From NCBI GenBank assembly GCA_017988155.1, contig JAGNSF010000001.1, forward strand, positions 1 through 50,200: 50,200 bases of DNA, written 5' to 3'. This document shows positions 19,446 through 30,882 of the stretch, one piece after another. Each line of letters starts with the position of its first letter. Within the stretch, counting starts at the first letter, position 1. The position numbers were made by a program, and so were the translations under genes. The DNA comes from Flavobacterium sp. GTDB taxonomy: Bacteria; Bacteroidota; Bacteroidia; Flavobacteriales; Flavobacteriaceae. The notes beneath the pieces are model-generated. The model searched no databases, had not been told where the DNA came from, and saw nothing but the letters and a program-made list of their open reading frames with translations.

Positions 19446-20402
19446 ATGAAGGTTTATTTGTTTTCATTTGTCTTTTGTTTCTTTATATGGTCTTGTGATA
19501 AAAAGACTGCCGTAGAAAAAGTTGTTGATGAAATCCCCATGGATATTAAAATAGAACGTTTTGACAAGTTGTTTTTTGAGTCAAAGCCAGAGCAATTACA
19601 AAAAATTAAGAAACAATATCCGTTTTTTTTTCCTACTGGAATTCCTGATAGCGTTTGGGTAAATAAAATTCAGAATCCGCTTTGGCGTGAGTTGTATGGA
19701 GAAGTTCAAAAGAAATTTAGCGATATAGAACCTGTTCGTTCCGAATTGGTTACTTTGTTTAAGCATGTCAAACATTATTTTCCAAAAACAAAAACACCTA
19801 AAGTAATCACTGTGATTGCTGAAATGGATTACAATAATAAAGTGATTTATGCAGATAGTTTAGTGATTATTTCATTGGAATTGTATTTAGGAAAGGATCA
19901 TAAGTTCTATGAATTTCCAAAATATATCAAACAAAATTTTGAACAAAGGCAAATGATGCCAGATGTTGTTTCGAGCTTTGCAACTACTCAAGTTAATTTT
20001 GGAAAAGATAAAACATTACTAACTCAGATGATGTATTACGGAAAACAAATGTATCTAAAAGATCTATTGTTGCCTGAATATACAGATGCTGAAAAAATGG
20101 GGTATACACCAAAAGAAATTAGTTGGTGTCAGGATAATGAAACGTATATTTGGCGTTACTTTTTAGAAAATGATATGCTGTATAGTGACGAACCTAAATT
20201 AACTTCACGATTTATTGCCCCGGCTCCATTTTCTAAATTTTATTTAGAAATAGACAATGAATCGCCAGGTCAAGTAGGAGCTTGGATAGGATGGCAAATA
20301 GTCCGTTCGTATGCAGAAAATAATGATGTTCCATTAGCAAAATTACTACAGATGGATGCTAAAGAACTATTTGAAAAATCAAAATATAAACCTAAGAAAT
20401 AA
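19446..20402 (+). CDS. gldB: Gliding motility lipoprotein GldB
   Basis: Lipobox-like IWSC after ATG 19446; APFSKFYLEIDNESPG..G.WIGWQIV; directly upstream of gldC. Confidence 0.9.
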   Translation: MKVYLFSFVFCFFIWSCDKKTAVEKVVDEIPMDIKIERFDKLFFESKPEQLQKIKKQYPFFFPTGIPDSVWVNKIQNPLWRELYGEVQKKFSDIEPVRSELVTLFKHVKHYFPKTKTPKVITVIAEMDYNNKVIYADSLVIISLELYLGKDHKFYEFPKYIKQNFEQRQMMPDVVSSFATTQVNFGKDKTLLTQMMYYGKQMYLKDLLLPEYTDAEKMGYTPKEISWCQDNETYIWRYFLENDMLYSDEPKLTSRFIAPAPFSKFYLEIDNESPGQVGAWIGWQIVRSYAENNDVPLAKLLQMDAKELFEKSKYKPKK

Positions 20403-20737
20403 TGTCAGACACTTTTACATCAGAAATTAAATTTGAAATTGAATTAGACGCAAATCGTGTTCCAGAAAAATTATTTTGGACAGCAGAAGATGGCGGTGTT
20501 GCAAAAGAAGAAGCTAAAGCCATAATGTTATCTGTTTGGGATAGCAAAGCAAAAGAAACGATGCGTATCGATTTGTGGACCAAAGAAATGCCGGTTGACG
20601 AAATGAAAATCTTTTTTCATCAAACGTTAGTTGCGATGTCAGATACCTTCAAACGCGCCACGGATGATGAAAAAATGGCGGACACCATGAAAGATTTTTG
20701 TGATTATTTTGCAGAGAAATTAGAGTTGACAAAATAG
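20402..20737 (+). CDS. gldC: Gliding motility protein GldC
   Basis: IELDANRVPEKL.W.AEDGG, RIDLWTKEMPVDEMK.FFHQTL. Confidence 0.93.
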   Translation: MSDTFTSEIKFEIELDANRVPEKLFWTAEDGGVAKEEAKAIMLSVWDSKAKETMRIDLWTKEMPVDEMKIFFHQTLVAMSDTFKRATDDEKMADTMKDFCDYFAEKLELTK

Positions 20738-20755
20738 ATTACGGAGGATTGATAT

Positions 20756-21388
20756 TTATTTAACAGATTTCTTTTTTAAATCTTTAAATATCTTTTTTAA
20801 AGCACCGTTTATCAGTTGATTTGGATTTTTATAAAACTCAATATTGTCTATCAATTTGTTTGATTTTTGAGCGTTTGTTTTTAATAATTCAGCTGATTTT
20901 CCACTTACTCCTATAGCTGTTTTTGAGTATATTATTTCTTGTAAGTTTAAATCATAGATTTCTACAATAACGCTACTTTCATTTTTGCCACTTGAATCAG
21001 CGCTTTCATATAAACTAAAATTCCCGTAATCATTTTTGTTTTTGCGAGCTTTTATATTAATAAAATAATCAAATCCAGTTCCTAGTTTTAAATTTTTTAG
21101 TTCATTTTTGTTTGGATTCAACGGGATAGATTTTGGAATTAATAGACCGTCTACTTTTGAAATTTGAAAAAGTCTTTGCTTGGTGTATTGATTAAAAAAC
21201 AGCAATGTTTCAGCAGTCAGTTTTTCTTGAGTAGATTCAGGACAATCAATGGTATTTAAGAGCCATTTTCCTTTTGAAAAATCGACCCCTGTATTGATTT
21301 TTGAATTTTTAAAATAAATATGACCAGAATGACAAGCGGAAAGTGTAAAAAAGATGAGAAATGTTATGAAAATGAGGGCTTTTGACAT
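20756..21388 (-). CDS. Hypothetical lipoprotein
   Basis: Signal peptide with LSAC lipobox; no recognised domain. Confidence 0.65.
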   Translation of the reverse strand: MSKALIFITFLIFFTLSACHSGHIYFKNSKINTGVDFSKGKWLLNTIDCPESTQEKLTAETLLFFNQYTKQRLFQISKVDGLLIPKSIPLNPNKNELKNLKLGTGFDYFINIKARKNKNDYGNFSLYESADSSGKNESSVIVEIYDLNLQEIIYSKTAIGVSGKSAELLKTNAQKSNKLIDNIEFYKNPNQLINGALKKIFKDLKKKSVK

Positions 21389-21404
21389 AAATTTATTTAT
21401 TTTT

Positions 21405-22025
21405 TCAAAATGTATTATTGTTTTTAAATACCTCTTGATTGACTTCGTCTATATAGCTTAATACGTCTTCTTTCCCTGTAGCTTCAGTAGCCGAGGTTAC
21501 AAAGTATTGAGGCATTTCGGCCCAATTATTAGCAAACATCTTCTTTTTGTAAGCTGCAATATGTGAATCTATTTTTACTTTACTGATTTTGTCAGCTTTA
21601 GTAAAAATGATACAAAATGGTATTTCACTTTCTCCCATATAGGACATGAATTCAATATCAATAGTTTGCGCTTCATGACGAATATCGATTAAGACAAATG
21701 CACAAACTAATTGTTCTCGAGTTTCAAAATAATCCGTTATGAATTGTTGAAATATTGATTTGGTTTTTTTGGAAACTTTGGCATAACCATAACCAGGTAA
21801 ATCTACAAGAAACCAGTTTTTATTGATTAAAAAGTGGTTTATTAATTGCGTTTTACCAGGTCTTCCAGAAGTTTTTGCTAAACTTTTATGATTGGTTAGC
21901 ATATTGATTAGCGAAGATTTACCAACGTTTGAACGGCCTATAAAGGCATATTCGGGTAAGTAGTCTTTCGGACATTTATCAACCTGCGAGTTGCTAATTA
22001 TAAATTCAGCAGTAGTAATTTTCAT
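21405..22025 (-). CDS. engB: Ribosome biogenesis GTPase YihA/EngB
   Basis: GRSNVGKSS, PGKTQ, DLPGYGY, TKADK. Confidence 0.95.
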   Translation of the reverse strand: MKITTAEFIISNSQVDKCPKDYLPEYAFIGRSNVGKSSLINMLTNHKSLAKTSGRPGKTQLINHFLINKNWFLVDLPGYGYAKVSKKTKSIFQQFITDYFETREQLVCAFVLIDIRHEAQTIDIEFMSYMGESEIPFCIIFTKADKISKVKIDSHIAAYKKKMFANNWAEMPQYFVTSATEATGKEDVLSYIDEVNQEVFKNNNTF

Positions 22026-22044
22026 AGGAGTTTATTAAACAGAA

Positions 22045-22818
22045 TTAAGAAACAGGTTGGTAAACGTTAGTTAACCAATCTTCTAAAACACTGTTGAATT
22101 CATCAGGATGTTCCATCATAGCGGCATGACCACATTTGTCTATCCAGTATAAAGTTGAGTTTGGCAATAATTTATTGAATTCCTCTGCAACCTCCGGAGG
22201 AGTAACTTTGTCATTTCTTCCCCAAATAATACAAGTTGGAACTTTCATTTTAGGAAGGTCTTTTGCCATATTATGTCGGATTGCACTTTTTGCAATTGTC
22301 AATGTTTTGATTAACTTCATTCTATCATTAACCGATGCGTAAACTTCATCAACAAGTTCAGGAGTGGCTACCTTAGGGTCGAAAAAAACATCTTCTGCTT
22401 TTTTCTTAATGTATTCGTAATCGCCTCTTTTTGGATAACTATCTCCCATAGCACTTTCATACAAACCTGAGCTGCCGGTTATTACTAAACCGGCTACCTT
22501 TTCAGGATACATTTTGGTATGGTATAAAGCGATATGTCCGCCAAGTGAATTACCTAGTAAAATAACATTTTCCAGACCTTTGAATGAAATAAAGTCTTTA
22601 ACATATTTGGCAAATGCTTTCACATTAGTCCTTAAAATGCTTTGTGTATATATCGGTAAATCGGGGATGATTATTTTGTATCCTTTGTTAGAAAAGTAAC
22701 TAGCAACTCCGTCAAAATTGCTTAACCCTCCCATTAATCCATGTAGGATAACGATTGGGGTTCCTTCTCCAGCTTCAAAATAACTGTATTTACCTTCTTT
22801 TTTATAGTGTTGTTCCAT
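22045..22818 (-). CDS. Alpha/beta fold hydrolase
   Basis: LHGLMG, GNSLGG nucleophile elbow, WG.ND, CGH. Confidence 0.9.
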   Translation of the reverse strand: MEQHYKKEGKYSYFEAGEGTPIVILHGLMGGLSNFDGVASYFSNKGYKIIIPDLPIYTQSILRTNVKAFAKYVKDFISFKGLENVILLGNSLGGHIALYHTKMYPEKVAGLVITGSSGLYESAMGDSYPKRGDYEYIKKKAEDVFFDPKVATPELVDEVYASVNDRMKLIKTLTIAKSAIRHNMAKDLPKMKVPTCIIWGRNDKVTPPEVAEEFNKLLPNSTLYWIDKCGHAAMMEHPDEFNSVLEDWLTNVYQPVS

Positions 22819-23029
22819 TTTTTCGGATCCCTATTTTTCAATTTTGACAAATATAGGATTTAATACAGAAATATTAATTTTTGAAGCTGTTTTTTAATAA
22901 GATAATCCTTTTTCTTGTTAAATCTGTCTGTTCTTGTTTGTAATAATTTGAAAAACATACTATTTATAAACAAGTTCAATAAGCGCTTGATCTGCTGATG
23001 GTTCAAAAATTAAGGGTTTCAGACTAGAA

Positions 23030-23080
23030 GTGGGTAAACTTATTAACAAAGTGGTATATTGTGGTAAAATGTGGTAAAAT
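23030..23080 (+). promoter_or_regulatory. MraZ-binding direct repeats of the dcw promoter
   Basis: GTGGT at 23051, 23061 and 23071 (10-bp period) plus GTGGG at 23030, matching the known GTGG-N6 MraZ boxes. Confidence 0.8.
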
Positions 23081-23119
23081 ATTTTATATTTTTGCTTAGA
23101 ATCATTTAAATACTATTTT

Positions 23120-23593
23120 TTGAATACAATCGTAGGAACATATGAGTGCAAAGTAGATGCTAAAGGAAGGGTGCTAATGCCTTCTCCGTTAAAAAAGCAA
23201 TTGGCTACCTCATTGCAAGAAGGTTTTGTATTGAAACGTTCTGTTTTTCAACCTTGTTTGGAGTTGTATCCAATGCAAGAGTGGAATTTAATGATGCAAA
23301 AAATCAACAAGTTGAACCGTTTCGTGAAAAAGAACAATGATTTTATTCGTCGTTTTACAGCGGGTGTTAAGGTGGTTGAAATTGATGCGCTAGGGCGATT
23401 ATTAGTCCCTAAAGATTTGGTGGGTTTTGCAAGTATTTCAAAAGATGTTGTTTTCTCATCAGCGGTAAATATTGTAGAAATCTGGGATAAAGAATTGTAT
23501 GAGAAATCAATCAATGGTGAGGACATCGATTTTGCTGATTTAGCTGAAGATGTAATGGGTAATGTAAATGACGACGAGAATGGAATATCATAA
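23120..23593 (+). CDS. mraZ: Division/cell wall cluster repressor MraZ
   Basis: Two DxxGR motifs (DAKGR, DALGR), EIW; TTG start. Confidence 0.95.
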   Translation: MNTIVGTYECKVDAKGRVLMPSPLKKQLATSLQEGFVLKRSVFQPCLELYPMQEWNLMMQKINKLNRFVKKNNDFIRRFTAGVKVVEIDALGRLLVPKDLVGFASISKDVVFSSAVNIVEIWDKELYEKSINGEDIDFADLAEDVMGNVNDDENGIS

Positions 23594-24476
23594 TCCTGTA
23601 TTGCTTCACGAGTCTATTGATGGGTTGAATATCAATCCGGATGGGATATATGTCGATGTAACCTTTGGAGGAGGGGGTCATTCAAAAGAAATTCTAAGTA
23701 GACTAGGGCCAAATGGGAAATTGTTTGCTTTTGATCAAGATGAGGATGCGTTGGCTAACGCTTTACAAGATGATCGTTTTGTACTTATAAATGAAAATTT
23801 CAGATTTATTAAACGCTTTTTGCGTTTTCATAATTGTAAAGAAGTTGATGGGATTTTAGGAGACTTGGGTGTTTCTTCTCATCAATTCGATGTTGCAGAA
23901 AGAGGTTTTTCTACTCGTTTTGATGCCGAATTAGATATGAGAATGAGTCAGAAAAATGATTTGAGTGCGTATCGAGTAGTTAATGAGTATGACGAGGATA
24001 ATTTAAGAAGAGTTTTCTTGGATTACGGGGAGTTGAAAAATGCACCTGCAATTGCTAGAGTTATTTTGGAAGCAAGAGAAAAAACACCAATTCGAAATAC
24101 AGAACAATTAAAACAAGTGTTGAGTCGTTTTTTGCCAGCACATAAAAGTCATAAAATTTTGGCTCAAATGTATCAAGCCATCCGAATAGAAGTAAATCAA
24201 GAAATGGATGTTTTGAAAGAATTTTTAGAGCAGTCATTGGAAATATTGAAGCCAGGAGGGCGATTAAGTATTATTTCATACCATTCTCTGGAAGATAGAT
24301 TGGTAAAACGTTTTATAAAGAATGGAATGTTTGAAGGTGAACCTGAGCGTGATTTTTTTGGAAATTTTTCAGTTCCGTTTAAGACAATTGGAAAATTAAT
24401 TGTTCCTAATAATGAACAAATTAAAGAGAATAATAGGGCGCGTAGTGCTAAGCTACGAATAGCTGAAAAAATATAA
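23568..24476 (+). CDS. rsmH: 16S rRNA m4C1402 methyltransferase
   Basis: HNPVLL, DVTFGGGGHS, DLGVSSHQ, SYHSLEDR, RSAKLR. Confidence 0.96.
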   Translation: MTTRMEYHNPVLLHESIDGLNINPDGIYVDVTFGGGGHSKEILSRLGPNGKLFAFDQDEDALANALQDDRFVLINENFRFIKRFLRFHNCKEVDGILGDLGVSSHQFDVAERGFSTRFDAELDMRMSQKNDLSAYRVVNEYDEDNLRRVFLDYGELKNAPAIARVILEAREKTPIRNTEQLKQVLSRFLPAHKSHKILAQMYQAIRIEVNQEMDVLKEFLEQSLEILKPGGRLSIISYHSLEDRLVKRFIKNGMFEGEPERDFFGNFSVPFKTIGKLIVPNNEQIKENNRARSAKLRIAEKI

Positions 24477-24485
24477 TTAGTTGTA

Positions 24486-24833
24486 ATGAAACACGGATTG
24501 TACGGCATATTAAAAGCTCGATTTTTATTAGACGAAGACGCTATAAAAAACTGGCGCTTTATCGTTTTTATAATTGGTTTAGCCATTGTTATGATTGCCA
24601 ATACTCAGCGCTATGAGCAAAAAGTATTCCGTATTGCTGAGTTAACTAATGAAGTAAAAGAATTACGTTCTGAATTTGTAGATAGACGTTCTGAATTGAT
24701 GAAATTAAAGATGGAATCAACTGTTGCAAGACAAATGGAGGCAAGACAAATTCTTCCTTCAACAGTTCCACCAACAAAAATTAAAGTAATAAAAGAAGTA
24801 GAAAAAGGTTTTTTTGAAAAATTATGGCAGTAG
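24486..24833 (+). CDS. ftsL: FtsL-like cell division protein
   Basis: One TM plus coiled coil; position between rsmH and ftsI. Confidence 0.8.
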   Translation: MKHGLYGILKARFLLDEDAIKNWRFIVFIIGLAIVMIANTQRYEQKVFRIAELTNEVKELRSEFVDRRSELMKLKMESTVARQMEARQILPSTVPPTKIKVIKEVEKGFFEKLWQ

Positions 24834-26824
24834 AAGATAAACATATTTCTTATCGAATCTATCTTGTGGCATTTGCTATGTTTTTGATGGCGGTTGCTAT
24901 TGTCTTCAAATTGACTAATATTCAATGGGTTCAGGGTGATCACTACCGACAAAAAGCTAAAGAGAAAACTGTTAAAGAGTTTAAAATTAGCGCTAATAAA
25001 GGAAATATTTACTCTTCGGATGGTAGTTTACTAGCAACTTCAATCCCAAATTACGAAATCCGTTTTGATGCTTTTGTGCCAAAATCTGAATTGTTTCAAA
25101 GTACCGTTGATTCCTTAGCGGATTCATTAGCTTATTTACTTGGCAAACCATCTAATTATTATGAGAGAGCTTTACGTAAAGCAAGAGCAACAAATAACAG
25201 GTATTTCTTGATTGCTCGTGGTTTGAGTTATACAGATTATGTTAAAATTAAAGGTTTTCCTTTGTTTAAAGAAGGTGCAAATAAAGGAGGAATTATCGTT
25301 AAGCCTGAGCCGGTGAGAGAATATCCTATTGGAAGAATTGCTGAACGAACCATTGGTTACGAAAGAATGAAACCCGATAGTACTCCTGACGGAAAAGGAA
25401 TTGAATGGGCTTATAGAAAATATTTGAATGGAAAAGATGGTAAGATTTTAAAACAAAAAATTGCCAAAGGTCAATGGAAACCTATTCGTGATTTTAATGA
25501 AATAGATCCTATTGATGGTTATGATGTTATTTCTACCATTGATGTTTTTATTCAAGATATTGCACACCATGCTTTATTGAAACAATTGGAAGAGTATGAA
25601 GCGGAACATGGATGTGTGGTAGTAATGGAAACTAAAACAGGTCATATTAAAGCCATATCAAACTTGGGCAGATTGAGTGATGGAACTTATAATGAAACAT
25701 TGAATTATGCTATTACTGAAGCGCATGATCCTGGATCCACATTCAAATTAGTTGACCTAATGTCGGTGTTAGAAGATAAAGTTGCAGACACCAGCACTGT
25801 TTTTGATGCCAAAGGCGGAGTGATATCTTATTTTGGAAAAAATGTAGTGGATTCTCATAAAGGAATGGGAAGAGTTTCTTTAGGACATGGATTTGAAGTT
25901 TCGTCAAATACGATAATGGTTCAATCTGTGTACAATAATTATAAAAACAACCCGTCAAAATTCATAAAACACATTGAAGATTGGGGATTAGATAAAAAAA
26001 TAGGTTTAGAGTTAAAAGGAGAAGCATCTCCAATAATCCCAAAACCAGGTCAATCGAGATGGTCTAAAATTTCACTTCCATGGATGGCGTTTGGATATGG
26101 TATTAATATTACTCCAATGCAAACTTTGACTTTTTACAATTCTGTTGCAAACAATGGTGTAATGGTTAAACCACAATTGGTTTCTGAAATTAAAAAATGG
26201 AACACTACCATTAAAAAATTCGATACTCAGGTAATGAATCCTAAAGTTTGTTCGCCTGCTACATTGAAAAAAGTTCGTGCATTATTGGAAAACGTTGTGA
26301 AACGCGGAACCGCTAAGTCATTGTACACTAAAGAGTTTCCAATGGCGGGAAAAACAGGGACTGCTCAAATGGGTTACGGAAACAAATCGGGTTCTGGAAT
26401 GTATTATGCGTCTTCATTTGTGGGCTATTTTCCAGCAAACAATCCTCAATATACCTGCATAGTTATGGTTCATAGACCTAACACTGCTCATAATAACTAT
26501 TATGGTGCGGATGTAGCGGGGCCTGTATTTAAGAGAATTGCCCAAAAAATATTTACAGATGCCCCTTCGACTAACACAATTAAAAAAATCGACAGAAAAA
26601 TTCCTAAGCAAGAATTGGATTATGCTTCCTACACTAACTATTCTCACAAAAGACAGAATACCATTCCAAACGTTAAAGGAATGTCAGGGATGGATGCTAT
26701 TGCATTATTAGAAAATTTAGGAATTAGAGTAAAAATAAAAGGTTTTGGTAAGGTGAAAAAACAATCCCTTCAAGCAGGCCAAAATATAGCAAAAAACACA
26801 ACTATAGTATTAGAATTATCGTGA
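24824..26824 (+). CDS. ftsI: Division transpeptidase PBP3 with PASTA domain
   Basis: PGSTFK (SxxK), SSN, KTGTAQ; C-terminal PASTA. Confidence 0.93.
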   Translation: MAVEDKHISYRIYLVAFAMFLMAVAIVFKLTNIQWVQGDHYRQKAKEKTVKEFKISANKGNIYSSDGSLLATSIPNYEIRFDAFVPKSELFQSTVDSLADSLAYLLGKPSNYYERALRKARATNNRYFLIARGLSYTDYVKIKGFPLFKEGANKGGIIVKPEPVREYPIGRIAERTIGYERMKPDSTPDGKGIEWAYRKYLNGKDGKILKQKIAKGQWKPIRDFNEIDPIDGYDVISTIDVFIQDIAHHALLKQLEEYEAEHGCVVVMETKTGHIKAISNLGRLSDGTYNETLNYAITEAHDPGSTFKLVDLMSVLEDKVADTSTVFDAKGGVISYFGKNVVDSHKGMGRVSLGHGFEVSSNTIMVQSVYNNYKNNPSKFIKHIEDWGLDKKIGLELKGEASPIIPKPGQSRWSKISLPWMAFGYGINITPMQTLTFYNSVANNGVMVKPQLVSEIKKWNTTIKKFDTQVMNPKVCSPATLKKVRALLENVVKRGTAKSLYTKEFPMAGKTGTAQMGYGNKSGSGMYYASSFVGYFPANNPQYTCIVMVHRPNTAHNNYYGADVAGPVFKRIAQKIFTDAPSTNTIKKIDRKIPKQELDYASYTNYSHKRQNTIPNVKGMSGMDAIALLENLGIRVKIKGFGKVKKQSLQAGQNIAKNTTIVLELS

Positions 26825-28284
26825 AAATCCTTAAAGACATAGTATACAAAGTAGTCATTGAAGCCATTAAGGGTTCTACCGATATTGCTATTGGTAAGGT
26901 TGATTTTGATTCAAGGAAAATTGAGAAGAATGATCTTTTCGTAGCCATTCGCGGAACAATTTCAGACGGGCATGACTATATTTCAAAAGCAGTTGAATTA
27001 GGTGCTTCTGCTATTATTTGTGATACACTTCCAGATACTATTTCTGATAGTGTAAGCTATATTCAAGTAAAAGATACCAATGCAGCCTTAGCTGTTGTTG
27101 CGGCTAATTATTTTGAAAATCCTTCTCAAAAGCTACAACTTGTTGGTGTAACGGGTACTAATGGTAAAACTACTATAGCGTCATTATTGTATCAATTATA
27201 TAAAAAAGCAGGTCATAAAGTAGGTTTGCTTTCTACAGTTAAAATTATGGTGGATGATGTGGAGTATAAAGCTACACATACAACACCTGATTCGATTACC
27301 ATTAATAGTTACCTAGCCGAAATGGTTAATGCTGGAGTGACACACTGTTTTATGGAAGTGAGTTCGCACGGAATTCATCAAAAACGTACCGAAGCATTAC
27401 ATTTTGTTGGAGGTGTGTTTACTAATTTGTCTCACGATCATTTAGATTATCACGCCACTTTTGCGGAATATCGTGATGTAAAAAAATCATTTTTTGATCA
27501 TTTGCCAAAAACAGCTTTTGCATTATCCAATATCGACGATAAAAACGGGCCTGTTTTATTACAAAATACGGTTGCAAAGAAATGCAGTTACGCACTAAAA
27601 TCATATGCCGATTATAAAGCACAAATATTAGAAAGCCAATTATCTGGTTTGTTATTGAAAATAAACGGAAATGAGGTTTGGGTAAAATTAATCGGGACTT
27701 TTAACGCATACAATTTATTGGCTATATACGGAACCGCTATTGAATTGGGAATGGAAAGTTTAGAAGCGTTGCGATTATTATCCGAGTTAGAAAGTGTATC
27801 AGGTCGTTTTCAATACATTGTTTCAGCTGCTAATATCACTGCAATTGTTGATTATGCTCATACACCAGATGCATTAGAAAACGTATTGAAAACAGTTAAT
27901 GATATTCGTACCAAAAACGAACAATTGATAACGGTTGTGGGTTGTGGTGGTAATCGTGACAAAACAAAACGACCAGTAATGGGAGGTATTGCTTCTGATC
28001 TAAGTGATAAAGCAATATTTACTTCTGATAATCCAAGAAATGAAGATGCTGAGGTAATTATAAGCGAAATGGAAACAGGAGTAGCGCCTCAAAACTATAA
28101 AAGAATTCTTTCTATAACAGATAGAAAACAAGCTATAAAAACAGCTTGCCAATTGGCCCAACCTAATGATATTATTTTAATTGCTGGAAAAGGGCATGAA
28201 ACATATCAAGAAATCAATGGTGTTCGTCATGATTTTGATGATATGAAAATTGTAAAAGAACTATTAGAACAACTCCATAAATAG
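26821..28284 (+). CDS. murE: UDP-MurNAc-tripeptide synthetase (DAP-adding)
   Basis: GTNGKTT, MEVSSHG, DYAHTPD, DNPR. Confidence 0.96.
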   Translation: MKILKDIVYKVVIEAIKGSTDIAIGKVDFDSRKIEKNDLFVAIRGTISDGHDYISKAVELGASAIICDTLPDTISDSVSYIQVKDTNAALAVVAANYFENPSQKLQLVGVTGTNGKTTIASLLYQLYKKAGHKVGLLSTVKIMVDDVEYKATHTTPDSITINSYLAEMVNAGVTHCFMEVSSHGIHQKRTEALHFVGGVFTNLSHDHLDYHATFAEYRDVKKSFFDHLPKTAFALSNIDDKNGPVLLQNTVAKKCSYALKSYADYKAQILESQLSGLLLKINGNEVWVKLIGTFNAYNLLAIYGTAIELGMESLEALRLLSELESVSGRFQYIVSAANITAIVDYAHTPDALENVLKTVNDIRTKNEQLITVVGCGGNRDKTKRPVMGGIASDLSDKAIFTSDNPRNEDAEVIISEMETGVAPQNYKRILSITDRKQAIKTACQLAQPNDIILIAGKGHETYQEINGVRHDFDDMKIVKELLEQLHK

Positions 28285-28290
28285 ATTATT

Positions 28291-29520
28291 ATGCTATACT
28301 ACTTATTTGAATATTTAGATAAATCATTAAATGTACCAGGAGCTGGAGTTTTTCAATATATTACATTTAGATCTGGTTTGGCATTTTTACTTTCATTGTT
28401 ATTGTCTACTATTTATGGTAAGAGAATCATTAATTTCTTGCGAAATCAGCAAGTAGGGGAAACGGTTCGTGAATTAGGATTGGCAGGACAAAATGAAAAA
28501 GCGGGTACGCCAACAATGGGTGGTTTGATCATTATTTTTGCTACTTTATTACCCGTAGTTTTATTCGCCAAATTACACAATATTTATATTGTACTTCTTA
28601 TAGTTACTACTTTATGGATGGGTACAATTGGATTTATTGATGACTACATTAAAATCTTTAAGAAGGACAAACAAGGTTTGAAAGGAATTTTTAAAGTTTT
28701 TGGTCAGCTAGGATTAGGAATAATTGTAGGTTCAGTTCTTTATTTTAGTCCAGCAGTTACTGTTTTAGAAAACGCATCAAATTCTCCTGTTATTAAACAA
28801 TCAACTGTAACTTCTTTAGTACAGGCACCAGTAGAGGTAAAATCTACAGCTACTACAATTCCGTTTTTTAAAAATAATGAATTTGATTATGCTGAAATTC
28901 TAGCTTGGACTGGAGATGGATATCAAAATTGGGCATGGTTAATATTTATACCAGTGGTAATTTTTATCATCACTGCAGTTTCAAACGGTGCGAATCTGAC
29001 TGATGGAATAGATGGTTTAGCGGCGGGAACTTCAGCAGTTTCAGTTTTAGCCTTAGGAATCCTAACTTTCTTATCGGGGAATATCATTTTCTCCAATTAT
29101 TTGAACATCATGTACATCCCAAATTCTGGAGAAATGACAGTATTTATTGCTGCGTTTGTAGGAGCATTGATTGGGTTTCTTTGGTACAATTCGTATCCTG
29201 CTTCTGTTTTTATGGGAGACACAGGAAGTTTAACTATTGGAGGTATCATAGCTGTTTTAGCAATAGCGGTTCGAAAAGAAATGTTGATTCCATTATTGTG
29301 TGGGATATTCTTAGCTGAGAATTTATCTGTAGTAATTCAAGTTGCCTACTTTAAATATACCAAAAAACGTTTTGGCGAAGGTCGAAGAATATTTTTGATG
29401 TCGCCTTTGCACCACCACTATCAGAAAAAAGGATATCACGAAAGTAAGATTGTTACTCGATTTTGGATTGTTGCCATAATGTTAGCCATTTTGTCTATTG
29501 TGACTTTAAAACTAAGATAG
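28291..29520 (+). CDS. mraY: Phospho-MurNAc-pentapeptide transferase
   Basis: [26 protein letters not shown]. Confidence 0.96.
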   Translation: MLYYLFEYLDKSLNVPGAGVFQYITFRSGLAFLLSLLLSTIYGKRIINFLRNQQVGETVRELGLAGQNEKAGTPTMGGLIIIFATLLPVVLFAKLHNIYIVLLIVTTLWMGTIGFIDDYIKIFKKDKQGLKGIFKVFGQLGLGIIVGSVLYFSPAVTVLENASNSPVIKQSTVTSLVQAPVEVKSTATTIPFFKNNEFDYAEILAWTGDGYQNWAWLIFIPVVIFIITAVSNGANLTDGIDGLAAGTSAVSVLALGILTFLSGNIIFSNYLNIMYIPNSGEMTVFIAAFVGALIGFLWYNSYPASVFMGDTGSLTIGGIIAVLAIAVRKEMLIPLLCGIFLAENLSVVIQVAYFKYTKKRFGEGRRIFLMSPLHHHYQKKGYHESKIVTRFWIVAIMLAILSIVTLKLR

Positions 29521-30855
29521 ATGAAACTAGTTGTTTTAGGTGGAGGCGAAAGTGGAGTGGGAACAGCCATTCTTGGAAAGAAAAAAGGATATGAGGTTTT
29601 TGTATCTGATTTTGGAAAGATTAAAGATAATTATAAAGAAGTTCTAAATCATAATGCAATTGCTTGGGAAGAAGAAACGCATACAGAATCTTTAATTCTA
29701 GATGCTGATGTGGTGATGAAAAGCCCTGGAATTCCCGAAAAAGCGCCCATAGTAAAAAAATTAATCGAAAAAGGGATTAAGGTAATTTCAGAAATTGAGT
29801 TTACTGCTCCTTTTACTAAAGCAATTACTATAGGAATTACAGGGAGTAATGGTAAAACTACCACTACGATGTTGACCTATCATTTGCTAAAATCAGCTGG
29901 GTTGAATGTGGGTTTGGGCGGCAACATAGGAAAGAGTTTTGCTTGGCAAGTAGCCGACAATGATTTTGATTCCTATGTCTTAGAGTTAAGTAGTTTTCAA
30001 TTGGACGGAATTAATGATTATAAGCCAAACATTGCTATAATAACAAATATTAGTCCGGATCATTTGGATCGTTACGATTATAAATATGAAAATTATATTG
30101 ATTCGAAGTTTAGAATCACAATGAATCAAACGAAAGAAGACTATTTGATTTATGACGCTGAAGACGAAGCAATTACAAATTGGTTAAAAAACAATACAAC
30201 AAAAGCAACATTAATCCCATTTTCATTGAACCAAGTTTTCAATGAGGGGGCCTTTATAAAAGATAATAAAATGGAAGTAAAGATGATGAATCACGAAGAA
30301 TTTTTAATGGAAACAGAATCAATTGCATTAGAAGGAAAACACAATATGAAGAATGCTATGGCAGCCACTTCGGTTGCTAAATTAATGCAAATTAGAAATG
30401 CAACCATTAGAGAAAGTTTATCAAATTTTCAAGGTGTTGAACACCGTTTGGAGAAAGTATTGAAAATCCAAAATGTGCAATACATCAACGATTCTAAAGC
30501 GACAAATGTTAATGCTTCATTCTTTGCTTTGGATAGCATGACTACACCAACTGTTTGGATTGTAGGAGGTGTAGACAAAGGAAACGATTATCATGAATTA
30601 ATGTCTTTAGTTCATGAAAAAGTAAAAGGAATTATTTGTTTAGGAGTAGATAACAAAAAAATTATTGATGCTTTTGGTAATGTAGTGGATGTGATGATAG
30701 AAGTAGATAATATGACAGATGCAGTTCGAATGGCACAACGCATGACTGAAAAAGGAGATACTGTTTTGTTATCACCTGCTTGTGCAAGTTTTGATTTATT
30801 CGAAAATTACGAAGACAGAGGAAGACAATTCAAACAAGCAGTATATAATTTATAG
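29521..30855 (+). CDS. murD: UDP-MurNAc-L-Ala:D-Glu ligase
   Basis: GSNGKTT, ELSSFQL, NDSKATN, SPACASFD. Confidence 0.96.
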   Translation: MKLVVLGGGESGVGTAILGKKKGYEVFVSDFGKIKDNYKEVLNHNAIAWEEETHTESLILDADVVMKSPGIPEKAPIVKKLIEKGIKVISEIEFTAPFTKAITIGITGSNGKTTTTMLTYHLLKSAGLNVGLGGNIGKSFAWQVADNDFDSYVLELSSFQLDGINDYKPNIAIITNISPDHLDRYDYKYENYIDSKFRITMNQTKEDYLIYDAEDEAITNWLKNNTTKATLIPFSLNQVFNEGAFIKDNKMEVKMMNHEEFLMETESIALEGKHNMKNAMAATSVAKLMQIRNATIRESLSNFQGVEHRLEKVLKIQNVQYINDSKATNVNASFFALDSMTTPTVWIVGGVDKGNDYHELMSLVHEKVKGIICLGVDNKKIIDAFGNVVDVMIEVDNMTDAVRMAQRMTEKGDTVLLSPACASFDLFENYEDRGRQFKQAVYNL

Positions 30856-30882
30856 TAGCTAATTAATTAGACTTTAAGCAAT